Origin: a virus
Taxonomy: Duplodnaviria > Caudoviricetes
IMG/VR virus record: IMGVR_UViG_2926647115_000001
DNA length: 64,000 bases
Strand: one strand, 5' to 3'
The notes under the pieces were generated by a model. It saw nothing but the letters and a program-made list of their open reading frames with translations, had not been told where the DNA came from and did not search any database. Of the stretch, positions 27,683-37,269 are shown piece after piece. Within the stretch, counting starts at the first letter, position 1. Each line of letters begins with the position of its first letter. Position numbers and translations under genes: made by a program.

Positions 27683-27880
27683 TCAGCGGAACACTACGAG
27701 CGGAGTAGCGATCGCGTTCTCACACCCGGGTGTGTGCGCGCGGCCGTAGCGGGCGGGCCCGATGTGCGGGCGGAGAGCTTCCAGGGCGGCACAGTGTTCC
27801 GGGGAGCCAGAGCCGTGGGCTTCGCGGGCGGCGGTGGCGGCGTCGTTGACGGTGCAGTACTCGCAGCGGGTGGCGGACAC
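27683..27880 (-). CDS. Small hypothetical protein
   Basis: CEYC..HC..C; GAGG RBS. Confidence 0.5.
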   Translation of the reverse strand: MSATRCEYCTVNDAATAAREAHGSGSPEHCAALEALRPHIGPARYGRAHTPGCENAIATPLVVFR

Positions 27881-27995
27881 GGGCGCCTCCTCGGGCGTCG
27901 GGGCCCGGGCTGGTGCCCCCCGGGCCGGGGTCGGTTCGCTCGTGTCCTGGCGGTCGCCGGGGCTGCCCCGGTTGGGGCGGCCCCGGCCTTCGCGG

Positions 27996-28232
27996 TTAGG
28001 CGTGGCTGTTGCGGTGCTTGTCGGCCTCGTACTTGGCGAACGTCAGGGTCGGCTCGATGAAGTACTTGTTGGTGAGGCGTTCACCGCCCGGCAGGTAGAC
28101 GGCCCAGCCGCGGCCTTCCCGGCGGATCTGGTAGCCCTCGTAGTTTTCGTAGGTGTTGCGATCTTTGCGGACCCATGCGCCGGTCTGGAGGTCGTGGCGG
28201 TGCTGGTTGTTCTGGGCGACCGTGGGGTGCAT
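27996..28232 (-). CDS. Small hypothetical protein
   Basis: GAGGAGG RBS downstream of a family B promoter. Confidence 0.75.
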   Translation of the reverse strand: MHPTVAQNNQHRHDLQTGAWVRKDRNTYENYEGYQIRREGRGWAVYLPGGERLTNKYFIEPTLTFAKYEADKHRNSHA

Positions 28233-28258
28233 GGTTCCTCCTCGTTTCCCCTGCTCTC

Positions 28259-28275
28259 TGTTAACGACTATACCC
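28259..28275 (-). promoter_or_regulatory. Family B promoter
   Basis: GGG-TATAGT-CGTTAACA. Confidence 0.75.
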
Positions 28276-28369
28276 CAGAGGGTGGGGTGGGACCACAACT
28301 CCGCAGGTGCTCCCCAGCACAGCAGTCGGGGCGGCAGCAACCGCCACCGCCCCGCTCACCCATCCGCCT

Positions 28370-28902
28370 CTACGCGGCCGCGCCCCCCGCCGATCGCGCC
28401 CACGCCGCCACCGTCGCGAAGTCCTCGTCGACCAGCCCGACCTTCGCTGACACCTCGTGCAGCAGGGTCGGCGTCCCGGCCCGCGCCCGCTCGAACCCCT
28501 CCCGCGGCTTCGGGTACTCGCCGAAGTCGTCATCCAGCCACACCAGCGGCCGCCCTGCGCGTACTCGAGCACCGGCCCGAACTTCCACGATGGGCCGCGG
28601 CCCTTCTCGACGTCGATCACCGGCAGCGCGGGCAGCCCGATCCGCGGGCCGATCCAGGTGTTCGCGTCGTGCTCCCACGTGGTGCACCACACCAGTTCGT
28701 AGCCGGTCTGCGCGGCGAGCGCGAGCAGCCGCGCCCCGTGGTCGGGGTGCAGCCACACCCGCAGCGCGTCCGGCCCGTCCCACGACCGCGGGTTCATCCG
28801 GTGCTTGCGGTACCCGGCCCGCAACCGGGGCTTGTTCGTGCCGGCGAAGGGGTTCAGGGGGCCATCGACGTCGAGCAGGAGCAGGCCCGTGGCCATGCGC
28901 AT
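28370..28902 (-). CDS. HAD phosphatase, RNA-repair (Swiss Army Knife) type; apparent 1-nt frameshift near 28554
   Basis: LLLDVDGPLN..LVWCTTW..K in one frame, GRPLVWLDDD in the next. Confidence 0.8.
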
Positions 28903-28913
28903 GTCCTTCCTGA

Positions 28914-29366
28914 TCAGAACGGGGGCTCGTCGGTGAACTGGCCGGCCGGTGCCGGGGCCGAGCCCCACGGTTCGTCGCTCGCCGCGGCTCCGCCGCTGCC
29001 GCGGCTGACCTTGTTCACCTTCGCGGTGGCGTAGCGCAGGGAGGGGCCGATCTCGTCGACCTCCAGTTCCACCACGGTGCGTTTCTCGCCTTCCTTGGTC
29101 TCGAACGACCGCTGCTTGAGGCGGCCCTGCACGATCACCCGCGTGCCCCGGGTCAGGGACTCGGCGACGTTCTCGGCGGCCTGCCGCCACAGGTTGCAGC
29201 GCAGGAACAGCGCCTCGCCGTCCTTCCACTCCCCCGTGGCTTTGTCGAAGGTGCGCGGGGTGGACGCCACGGTGAAGTTCGCGACGGCCGCGCCCGACGG
29301 CGTGAACCGCAACTCGGGATCGCTCGTGAGGTTCCCGACGACGGTGATGACGGTGTCTCCAGCCAT
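28914..29366 (-). CDS. ssb: Single-stranded DNA-binding protein
   Basis: [30 protein letters not shown]. Confidence 0.97.
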   Translation of the reverse strand: MAGDTVITVVGNLTSDPELRFTPSGAAVANFTVASTPRTFDKATGEWKDGEALFLRCNLWRQAAENVAESLTRGTRVIVQGRLKQRSFETKEGEKRTVVELEVDEIGPSLRYATAKVNKVSRGSGGAAASDEPWGSAPAPAGQFTDEPPF

Positions 29367-29469
29367 GTTGCCTCGCTCTCTCGTTCGCGCTCGTGCGTAT
29401 CGTCCCGCCCGCCACCGACGATTTCTGTGGTGTGCCGTCCCGGCGCAGGGGGCCGGGACGGCACACCAT

Positions 29470-29880
29470 TCAGTGGGTCGGCTTGTGCTCCTCGACGTAG
29501 TCCCGCATGAGCTGCAGCAGCTCGACGCCAGTGGGCAGGTCGGTGTACCCGGCACGCTTCACGTGCTGCCTGCACTCCTCGGTGTCCCCGCAATCGCAGG
29601 TGAAGTTGCTGGGCCCGCTGTCCCATTCATCCAGCGCCCCACCGTCGAACGTAGCGGAGTCGATGACCCAGCGGCCATCGACGAACCGCACGTACACGTG
29701 GAGACCGTTATCGATGATGTGGTCGCCGGTGGGTGCGTTGCGCAGCACCCAGTTGTCGCCATCGAGCCACATGAGGTCTTGGCCGCAGCCACGGCAGGGT
29801 TTGATGCGGTCAAAGCGGTCAGGGTCGTCGTCGGGCCGGTGGCCTTCGGTGGCGCAGCGCGGTTCGGTGGCGGTCACCAC
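29470..29880 (-). CDS. Hypothetical protein
   Basis: Coupled ORF; CRGC. Confidence 0.7.
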   Translation of the reverse strand: MVTATEPRCATEGHRPDDDPDRFDRIKPCRGCGQDLMWLDGDNWVLRNAPTGDHIIDNGLHVYVRFVDGRWVIDSATFDGGALDEWDSGPSNFTCDCGDTEECRQHVKRAGYTDLPTGVELLQLMRDYVEEHKPTH

Positions 29881-30155
29881 TGCACCTCCGCGAGGTGCTT
29901 CGCGAGCCCGGCCGCGATGGTTTCGATGACGGCGAAGCGGGTGTGCAAGGGCTGGTCGATGGTGGCGAGCTGTCCGTCGGCGGCGAAGGAGATGCGGTAC
30001 CCGCTGGGGGTGATCGCGACGGTGACGCCGGTGGGGTGGTTGAGGATCGCGTTGTCCTCGTTGGGCCGGGTGAATCCGTGTTCGCGGAGGAGGGCGTCGA
30101 GCGCTTGGGCGGCGGCCTCGACGGCTTCGCCGAGGAGCGGGTGCGTGGACTGCAC
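29874..30155 (-). CDS. Hypothetical protein
   Basis: AAGGA RBS, GTG start. Confidence 0.7.
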   Translation of the reverse strand: MQSTHPLLGEAVEAAAQALDALLREHGFTRPNEDNAILNHPTGVTVAITPSGYRISFAADGQLATIDQPLHTRFAVIETIAAGLAKHLAEVQW

Positions 30156-30210
30156 GGGCTGTTCCTTTCCGGTCGGGCGCGGTGGTGGCCGCGCCCGACC
30201 TGGTTGGGGG

Positions 30211-30777
30211 TTAGGCGTTGCGGGGGGTTTTGACGGATGCGCGGTAGATGCCGTCGCTGACGGTGTCGTACCGGCCGTACTGGTAGGGGCCGCCGCGCAG
30301 CTGCTCGTGCTCGGGCGCGTCGGCGGGGAGGCCGGACTTGCGGGCGACGAGGGCGCGCAGTTCCTCGCGGAACTCTGGCGAGATGCGGCGTTGGCGGTTG
30401 ATGTAGTCGGAGAGGAACTGGACCAGCTCGGCGTTGGCGCAGCAGCGGGAGTCGTGGACACCGTTGCGATCGCGGCTGTCGGCGCCGTAGGTCTCGGCGA
30501 CGCGGGCGCCGTGCTCGGGGCAGTACCAGGAGCTGGCGTTGTAGGCGCAGTCGGTGCGGCCGTCGAACCGCTCGCCGGCGAACGCGCCGGTGATCTGCTG
30601 GACCTGGTCCTCGGTGGGGCCGTCGGTCCAGGTGATGTCGACGGAGGCGCCGCCGCTGTAGCGGCTGGTTCGGACGGAGAACTTGACGCCGGGGAACGTG
30701 GCCTTGAGGTGCTTGCGGATGAGCTTCGCGGCTTCGGCGCTGTCGATGTAGCGGGCCGGTGCGGCGGTGGTCTCCAT
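30211..30777 (-). CDS. LPD29-like protein
   Basis: AKLIRKHLKATFPGVKFSVR..YSGGASVDITWTDGPT..FDG.TD. Confidence 0.85.
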   Translation of the reverse strand: METTAAPARYIDSAEAAKLIRKHLKATFPGVKFSVRTSRYSGGASVDITWTDGPTEDQVQQITGAFAGERFDGRTDCAYNASSWYCPEHGARVAETYGADSRDRNGVHDSRCCANAELVQFLSDYINRQRRISPEFREELRALVARKSGLPADAPEHEQLRGGPYQYGRYDTVSDGIYRASVKTPRNA

Positions 30778-30810
30778 GGTGTTTCCCCCTTCGGTCGGTG
30801 TCCGTCCTGA

Positions 30811-30952
30811 CGTAAATGACTATACCCCTACTGTTGGGGATCGCAACACCGTGTCCGCGTGCTCAGCAGCACACCCGTAACGCCTCTGATCAGCAAAGAT
30901 TCCCCGCAGGCCCTCTAGCCTGTTGCGACTCTTGTGGGTATAGTCGTTTACA
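30811..30952. promoter_or_regulatory. Divergent pair of family B promoters
   Basis: Minus TTGCGA-16-TATAGT (30846-30819); plus TGTTGCGA..GGG-TATAGT-CGTTTACA (30936-30952). Confidence 0.8.
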
Positions 30953-30981
30953 TCGCAACCGCAACACCCGAGGGGGACACC

Positions 30982-31467
30982 GTGGAAACCATCACCGCGC
31001 CGATCAACATCGACAAGCTCCAAGCCGCCTACGACGAGGCCGTCGCCACCACCGACCGCCTCCAGAACGAGGAAGCCGCCGCCCTCGACCGCCTGGACAC
31101 CCGCGAAGCCGCGCGGCTCCACGTGCTGGCAGCCGCCTCCCGCGCCGGCTCCAACTTCCTGGCCGCGCTGATCCAGCTCGACCGGTTCCGCAGCGCCGAG
31201 CGCCTGGAGTGGAAGCGGCACACCGTGTTCCAGCCGCACCGCGTGGACGACGGCAACCTGATCGCCCACCTGCCCGGCGGCGGCGAGCCGCTGTCGTTCC
31301 CGCTGGACTCCACCCTTCCGACCGAGCGCTACGACTCGCCGGTCGTGATCGACCCCGGCATGGGTGTTGTGCCCGTGGACGCCGCGAGCCTGGACGACCT
31401 GCACGGCGCGGTGCGCGCCTGGGCGCGGGTGTTCATCGGCCGTGACGACATCGAGTTCCCCGCCTGA
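30982..31467 (+). CDS. Hypothetical protein
   Basis: GAGGGG RBS. Confidence 0.75.
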   Translation: METITAPINIDKLQAAYDEAVATTDRLQNEEAAALDRLDTREAARLHVLAAASRAGSNFLAALIQLDRFRSAERLEWKRHTVFQPHRVDDGNLIAHLPGGGEPLSFPLDSTLPTERYDSPVVIDPGMGVVPVDAASLDDLHGAVRAWARVFIGRDDIEFPA

Positions 31468-31559
31468 TCCACCTCTCCCCCCGATCCCCGGGGGCCCGCC
31501 TGTTGTCGCCCACTCCCGGCGGGCCCCCGGACCCACCACACCACCCCAAGGAGACCCCC

Positions 31560-31661
31560 ATGTCCGACAACCCGTGGCGCGACGACGTCGACAGCGAGCC
31601 CGTTGACCCCGACTTCGACCGGCGAGTGCTCGACCGACTGCGCGACCAGGAAAGCCGCTGA
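31560..31661 (+). CDS. Small acidic peptide (33 aa)
   Basis: AAGGAG RBS; MSDNPWRDDVDSEPVDPDFD. Confidence 0.55.
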   Translation: MSDNPWRDDVDSEPVDPDFDRRVLDRLRDQESR

Positions 31662-31740
31662 CCGCCCGGCCCGCCCCGTGACCACACCGGGGCGGGCCGG
31701 GACACCACCACCTCAACCCGCGACAGGAAGGAACCCCGCG

Positions 31741-32196
31741 ATGTCCGACGAGATCGGGCGCTTGGATCACCTCGGGATCAACGTGGTCGTCTACGAGCGG
31801 CCGGACGGCAAGATCCAGGTCACCGTGGACACCTCCGGCCGCCCGGAGCAGGAGGACGACCCGCGCGTCGGGCCGATCAACCTGCGGGTGTCCCTCAATG
31901 ACGGGGACCTGTGGGACAACGGCCCCGTGGACCACGCCGTGATGGAGCTGGCCGAGCCCCAGGCGTTGCCGCTGGTGCGCATCGAGACCGGCGGCAACCT
32001 GGTGTGCCCCCGCTGCGGCGAGGTCAACCGCATCGTCGAGTTCGACCAAGCGTGCCGGATCAACACGCTGTCCGTCGAGGACGGCGCGGTGAAGGCCACG
32101 ACCGGTCAGGGCGACTGGGACCACGACCACTTCGCCTGCCAGGCATGCGGAAAGCGCGTCGAGCTCCCCGATGGCGTCGAGATCCACCACTCCTGA
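31741..32196 (+). CDS. Hypothetical Zn-ribbon protein
   Basis: CPRC..CQAC. Confidence 0.75.
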   Translation: MSDEIGRLDHLGINVVVYERPDGKIQVTVDTSGRPEQEDDPRVGPINLRVSLNDGDLWDNGPVDHAVMELAEPQALPLVRIETGGNLVCPRCGEVNRIVEFDQACRINTLSVEDGAVKATTGQGDWDHDHFACQACGKRVELPDGVEIHHS

Positions 32197-32229
32197 CCGC
32201 ACCGAAACGACACCGCGAACGGGGAAACG

Positions 32230-33141
32230 ATGAGCATCACGATCACGCACACCTACGCCGACGGCACCCTGCTGGACGGCACGAGCCGGGAGCAGGGCCG
32301 CCGGGGAGAACCGGTCCGGGCGGTGCTTGACCGCCACGGGTGGCGGTGGGGCCGCACCATCGGGTGCTGGTATCAGCGCAACAGCCGCGACCGGCCCGCC
32401 GATCCCGGGCGGATCGAGGCCACCGCGCGGGAGCTGCGGTCGCTGGGGCTCGAGGTCACGGTGGAGGTGGACAACACCCCGCGCGACATGGCGGCGGCTG
32501 AGGCTGACCGCGCCGAGCGCATGGAGGACCGGGCGGCCGCGTTGCAGGCGAAGGCGTCCCGGCGCGCCAACGCAGCGGCGGCGCGCGAGGCTGCCGCGAG
32601 CCGGGTGCTGGACGGCATCCCGATGGGTCAGCCGTTGCTGGTGGACCACTACAGCTACCGCGCCGACCGGAACCGGCGGGAGCGGGCGTTCAGCAACCTG
32701 GACAAGGCCTTGAAGCTGTCGCGAGAGGCTGATCACCACGCCGAGCGCGCCGCGACGGCGGCCCGCCACATGGACCACCGGTACAACCCGGTGACGGTGG
32801 CCAACCGGATCGTGGACCTGGAGGCCAAGTTGCGGCGCCGTTCGCTCAACGAGGAGTACCGGGCGAAGTACGAGAACGAGCTGGCCTACTGGCGCGGGGT
32901 GCGGGAGCAGCAGATCGCCGCCGGTGAGGTGGTCGAGTACGGGCCGCACAACGTCGCCGTGGACGGCTGGGTGAAGGGCTGGGCCGGGTCCGGCTGGTTC
33001 CGGGTGGTGCGGGTCAACAAGACCACGGTCACGCTCGCCACGACGCGCAGCGCGATCGATGAGACGAAGTGGCTGACCAACACGCTGCCCTATCACCGCA
33101 TCACGGGGTACCGGGCGCCCGAGGAGGTGGAGGCACGGTGA
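32230..33141 (+). CDS. DUF3560-domain protein
   Basis: IPMGQPLLVDHYS..RI..LEA.LRR..VVRVNKTTV. Confidence 0.88.
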   Translation: MSITITHTYADGTLLDGTSREQGRRGEPVRAVLDRHGWRWGRTIGCWYQRNSRDRPADPGRIEATARELRSLGLEVTVEVDNTPRDMAAAEADRAERMEDRAAALQAKASRRANAAAAREAAASRVLDGIPMGQPLLVDHYSYRADRNRRERAFSNLDKALKLSREADHHAERAATAARHMDHRYNPVTVANRIVDLEAKLRRRSLNEEYRAKYENELAYWRGVREQQIAAGEVVEYGPHNVAVDGWVKGWAGSGWFRVVRVNKTTVTLATTRSAIDETKWLTNTLPYHRITGYRAPEEVEAR

Positions 33142-33220
33142 TCACGACCGACTTGCCCGGCGGGTTCGACCAGGGGTTCTTCGGGGAGCGGGAGGGGTTC
33201 ACCCTTCCGCCGGTGTTCTG

Positions 33221-33535
33221 ATGGGCGGCCGGGAGGCGCCGGCGGTGGGGGTGCGCTCGTGCCGCCGGTGCGGTGGCCGGTTCACGCGGGAACGGCCGTT
33301 GGTGTGTCGGGGGTTGCACGGCCAGTGCTACGACCACGCGCGTGCGGTGGGTGAGCTGCATCGGTATCCGGTGACGCGGCGCACGATCGATCGGGAGGAG
33401 ATGGCCCGGTTGGAGGCTGCGGGGTTGTCGACTGGGGAGATCGCGGAGCGGTTCAGGGTGTCGCCGGGGGCGGTGCGGGTGGCGCGGCATCGGCTGCGGC
33501 GTGGGGGTGCCGTCGTGCCTGGGGGCGGATCGTAG
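33221..33535 (+). CDS. Zn-finger plus HTH protein
   Basis: CRRC..RGLH..CY; GLSTGEIAERFRVSPGAVR. Confidence 0.7.
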   Translation: MGGREAPAVGVRSCRRCGGRFTRERPLVCRGLHGQCYDHARAVGELHRYPVTRRTIDREEMARLEAAGLSTGEIAERFRVSPGAVRVARHRLRRGGAVVPGGGS

Positions 33536-33593
33536 GCTGTCCTCCCCCGGCGCTGCCGCTGTGAGCGGTCCGTGGCGGGTGTTCCCGCAGGTC

Positions 33594-33630
33594 AAAACCC
33601 TTGACTATGTTCAGGGTTTTGGATTAACCT
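33594..33630 (+). promoter_or_regulatory. Toxin-antitoxin promoter with palindromic operator
   Basis: TTGACT-18-TAACCT overlapped by AAAACCCT-N11-AGGGTTTT. Confidence 0.75.
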
Positions 33631-33657
33631 TGCGATACCGCAAGGGAAAGGCGCATA

Positions 33658-33912
33658 ATGGGACGCGAGGACGAGCTGGAGAAGCTGATCGCCTGGGCCG
33701 AGTCCCAGGGCTGGACGGTCAAGACCGACAAGAAGGGGTACCGCCACTTCTACAACCCGGCCGGCGACTGGGTTGTCCGCCACCCCGCCACACCCGGCAA
33801 CCCGCGTCGACGACTGGCCGAGGTCCAGACCGCGCTCAAACGCAACGGCCTGGAGGTCCCGCCGCCCAGCAGGGCAGAACAGCGACGCCGCGCCCGCAAG
33901 GAGGCCGACTGA
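33658..33912 (+). CDS. HicA-like toxin
   Basis: LIAWAESQGWTV..H.YNP.G..HPATP..LKRNGL. Confidence 0.7.
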   Translation: MGREDELEKLIAWAESQGWTVKTDKKGYRHFYNPAGDWVVRHPATPGNPRRRLAEVQTALKRNGLEVPPPSRAEQRRRARKEAD

Positions 33913-34631
33913 TGAAGAACTGGACCGTGGAGGTGCTTGTCCGGGTCCAGGGCAAGCAGCTCGACAACGACGACCTGATCGCCCTCGCGGACCTGGCCGA
34001 CGAGCAGCACGAGTGGACCCTGGCCCGGTGGGAGCTGGGCAACGGGTTCTGGATCATCGGCGACGCTGACGCAGTGACGACGGCCGAGGCCGCCGACAAG
34101 CTGTACCAGGCCGTCGCCGCGTGGATCGACCCGCTGCCGCTGAACGCGTCGGTGGCGAGCGTGCGTGCGGTGGACCCGGACGTGTTCGAGATGGAGACCG
34201 AGCAGTCGACGGTGCCGGAGCTGGTGTCGTCGGTGGAGGCTGCGGAGATCCTGGGCGTGACCAGGCAGCGGGTGAACCAGCTGGCCGACCGGCCCGACTT
34301 CCCGGCGCCGCTGTACCGCCTCAAGACCGGGCCGTTGTGGACGCGGATGTCGGTCGAGGCGTTCGGTAAGCGGTGGGTGCGCAAGCCGGGTAGGCCGCGG
34401 AAGGCTGAGCCGGATGGTGGCGACGAGCTGCGTCAGGCTCTCGGCACCGTGACATCGATGGTGGGCCGGGCGACGCGGTCGGCGGTGACCGGCAAGTTCA
34501 CGTCGAAGACGACACCCAAGAACGGGGTGGTCCGGGCCACCAAGGCCGCGGCGAGGCTCGGTGGCGCGGTGGCCGGCCGGTCGACGGCGGCGCGGCAGAT
34601 GCCGGGCGCGAAGAAGCGCGGGAACGCGTGA
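33912..34631 (+). CDS. Cognate HTH antitoxin-like protein
   Basis: ELVSSVEAAEILGVTRQRVNQLA..DFPAP..GPLW; coupled to the toxin. Confidence 0.75.
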   Translation: MKNWTVEVLVRVQGKQLDNDDLIALADLADEQHEWTLARWELGNGFWIIGDADAVTTAEAADKLYQAVAAWIDPLPLNASVASVRAVDPDVFEMETEQSTVPELVSSVEAAEILGVTRQRVNQLADRPDFPAPLYRLKTGPLWTRMSVEAFGKRWVRKPGRPRKAEPDGGDELRQALGTVTSMVGRATRSAVTGKFTSKTTPKNGVVRATKAAARLGGAVAGRSTAARQMPGAKKRGNA

Positions 34632-34677
34632 CGGTGGTGCACGTCGAGAGCTGAATACCTGCCCTGACGGGCGCGAG

Positions 34678-34711
34678 CAGGCCCCCGGGACCGTTTGGTC
34701 TCGGGGGCCTG
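34678..34711 (+). terminator. Hairpin terminator
   Basis: CAGGCCCCCGGGACC-GTTT-GGTCTCGGGGGCCTG. Confidence 0.7.
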
Positions 34712-34749
34712 TTGCGTGTCACGGGACTCTGCGGATGTTGCGGTCGGCG

Positions 34750-34787
34750 TTGCCTCCTCGAACCCGTTACGGGTATAGTCGTTAACA
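34750..34787 (+). promoter_or_regulatory. Family B promoter
   Basis: TTGCCT-18-TATAGT-CGTTAACA. Confidence 0.8.
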
Positions 34788-34947
34788 ACAGCGGATGGCC
34801 GCAACACCCGGAGGGCCCGTGACCGACACTCTGACCACCCCCGACCACCACGTCGAGGGTGTCGAGTGCGTCGGCGGCGACACGGTGTGCGACTACCGCC
34901 GCATCCACGGCTGACCGCTACCCGTTCCGCAACCACAAGGAGACCCC

Positions 34948-35487
34948 GTGCGCACCGCGCGCCGCTTCCTCGCCGCCGCGATCCTCGCCGCAACCGCCAT
35001 CACCGCCAACGCGACCCCGGCGGCAGCCGCGAACCCCACTCACATGCCCGTCCCCGCCAAGGGCCGCGGCTGCGACTACCAGACCACCCTGCAGACCACG
35101 CTTCGGGCGCTGCACGAGGACCCTGCCGACTGGTCCGTGGTGGACATGGCCGACGACCCGACCATCGCGGGCGTCACCCGCTACCCCGAGAACACCGTCC
35201 GCATGAACGCGGCGCTGCCGTGCGACCTGATCGCCGACGTCGCCCGCCACGAGCACATCCACCGTGTGCAGTGGGCCGTGTTTGGCCGCAGCGACGCCAA
35301 GACCCCGCTGGAAGACGCGTTCGGCGGCGACGAAGAGGTCGAACGCGTCGCTGACTGCGGCGCGATCCAGCTTGGGGCTGAGTACACGTACTACCTCGGC
35401 AGCGACCCCACGCTGTGCACGTCGCGGGAGAACCACGCCGCTCGGCTTCTGAACGACTGGTGGACCGCTCACCAGGCCGGCGCCTGA
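34948..35487 (+). CDS. Secreted HExxH metallopeptidase-like protein
   Basis: Signal peptide; RHEHIH..ERVADC. Confidence 0.75.
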   Translation: MRTARRFLAAAILAATAITANATPAAAANPTHMPVPAKGRGCDYQTTLQTTLRALHEDPADWSVVDMADDPTIAGVTRYPENTVRMNAALPCDLIADVARHEHIHRVQWAVFGRSDAKTPLEDAFGGDEEVERVADCGAIQLGAEYTYYLGSDPTLCTSRENHAARLLNDWWTAHQAGA

Positions 35488-35519
35488 CCCTTCGCCCGAC
35501 CCCACCCCTGGAGAACCCC

Positions 35520-35699
35520 ATGGATCGCCGAAAAGCTGCCCGAGAAGCACGATTCCGGGCCGGACTTTTCATCGAGACTGCGCTCGCCGGAGTCGAGTGG
35601 GATCGCACCGATCTCAGCGAGGACGACGCCGAGAAGGTCGAGCGTGAGATGACGAAGATCGCGAAGCGGCTCATCCGCTCGTCCGGACGGGAGGCGTGA
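35520..35699 (+). CDS. Small hypothetical protein
   Basis: GGAG RBS. Confidence 0.65.
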   Translation: MDRRKAAREARFRAGLFIETALAGVEWDRTDLSEDDAEKVEREMTKIAKRLIRSSGREA

Positions 35700-36466
35700 T
35701 GACCACCCACGACGAACAGCGCGTAGAACTGGCCCGGGACCTGGACACCGCGGTGAACACCGTGCCGTGGGAACGCGACGACCTCGCCCGCTACCTGGTC
35801 GAGCAGGGCTGGCGGAAGCAGGGGGCCGCAGACCCGGAGCTTCCTCAGCGCGTCGCTGACGACATCGAGAACCTGCTGCACGAGTTCGACGGTGTCGCCG
35901 TGAAGCGGATCATCGCCGACGAAATCGTCAACCGGATCGTGTGGCGCTACCTCGGCCAGAGGGCCGCAGCCGACGACACCGCCGGATCTCGCGCCGAGCC
36001 TGATCGGGTGCGCGCCGAGCGTGATGCGTTCGTCAAGGCCGGGCGGGCACTCGTGCGGGAACACGACTGGCTCAAGGGCCAGCGCGACGACCTCCAGGCC
36101 CGCAACGACGCAGCACGAGGCATCGCGGAGGAGATGCGCTCGCAGCTCGTCAACGGTCCGGAGCTGAACGACGTCCTCCGCATCCTCGCCGCTCTTGGAG
36201 GAGGTGGAGATCTTTCCGGCGGGTTGGGGGTGGACCAGCCCAACCCCCCGAACCCGCCCGCCGGGACGCGCGTGAAGGTCACAGCCCGCCAGTGGAGGGG
36301 CTGGACGGGTGAGCTGGTGGAAGCGAGGGACGCCGAGGCCGCTGAGCGGTGGCCGTTCTGGTTCCTCCCGGACAACGGGCACGCGCGGATCGGGCTACGT
36401 CGTGAGGAGTTCGTGGTCTGTCCGGCTTCGGAGACCAGCGGCCCGCAGGAAGGACAGCGGCGGTGA
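35699..36466 (+). CDS. Mosaic hypothetical protein
   Basis: Shares blocks with 21713-22729 and 23305-24027. Confidence 0.75.
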   Translation: MTTHDEQRVELARDLDTAVNTVPWERDDLARYLVEQGWRKQGAADPELPQRVADDIENLLHEFDGVAVKRIIADEIVNRIVWRYLGQRAAADDTAGSRAEPDRVRAERDAFVKAGRALVREHDWLKGQRDDLQARNDAARGIAEEMRSQLVNGPELNDVLRILAALGGGGDLSGGLGVDQPNPPNPPAGTRVKVTARQWRGWTGELVEARDAEAAERWPFWFLPDNGHARIGLRREEFVVCPASETSGPQEGQRR

Positions 36467-37269
36467 CCGCGCGCGAACTCACCCCTCACGAGGTCGAGGC
36501 CCTTGCCCGCGCCGAGCGGCTCGGCCACCACGTCGAGTACGACCCGCCCGCCGGGATGACCGCTGCTCGACGCTGGACCTGCACGCGCTGCGGATCGGGC
36601 GTCCTCGTCCGGGGTGCTGTGGTCTACGGGTCCGCGACGGAACAGCCCTGCGAGGCCGTCGAGGCTCCTCGAACCGACCCCCTTCCGGCCGAGCGTGCCG
36701 CGTGCACGGACGTGCGCTGCTCCCGCATCGACGGCCGCTGTGTGGGCTACCACTGTGCCCACTGCGGCCAGCCTTCCAGCATGCTCGGGCACCCCGAGTG
36801 CCGCGAGCGTGCCCGCGTGACGTCCCCCGCGGCCCCGGATGCGGCGAACACCGGTCCTGGCCCGGTTCAGGTGCCGGGAGGTGTCGCTACCGCGTCTACG
36901 GCCCGCTCAGGGCCGAAGCGGATTCAGCGTCGCCGCACCAAGGGGTGGCGTATGCCCGAAGGGGCGGTGTACGTCGGCCGCCCGACACGGTGGGGCAACC
37001 CGTGCGACTGGCGCGCCTACCCCACCATGCACCACGACGCCGAAGGCGAAGCGTGGCCGATCTCCGACGCCGAGCGGCGCCGGTTCGCGGTCTCCGACTT
37101 CGAGGCCGAGGTGGTATACGGGGCGGGCAGGCGAGCCAGCTATCCGAGCGATGAGGAGATCCGGCGCGAGCTGCGCGGCCGGCACCTCGTGTGCTGGTGC
37201 CCGCTCGACCAGCCGTGCCACGCGGACCTGCTCCTGCGCATCGCCAACAGTCCGGAGGGTCTGCGGTGA
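36463..37269 (+). CDS. DUF4326-domain protein
   Basis: RIQRRRTKGWRMPEGAVYVGRPTRWGNP..LVCWCPLDQPCHADLL. Confidence 0.88.
   Translation: MTARELTPHEVEALARAERLGHHVEYDPPAGMTAARRWTCTRCGSGVLVRGAVVYGSATEQPCEAVEAPRTDPLPAERAACTDVRCSRIDGRCVGYHCAHCGQPSSMLGHPECRERARVTSPAAPDAANTGPGPVQVPGGVATASTARSGPKRIQRRRTKGWRMPEGAVYVGRPTRWGNPCDWRAYPTMHHDAEGEAWPISDAERRRFAVSDFEAEVVYGAGRRASYPSDEEIRRELRGRHLVCWCPLDQPCHADLLLRIANSPEGLR

Noticed and set aside
21713-36466. Diversity-generating retroelement behind the repeated blocks
   Set aside because: No reverse transcriptase; repeats are short and not adenine-specifically variable
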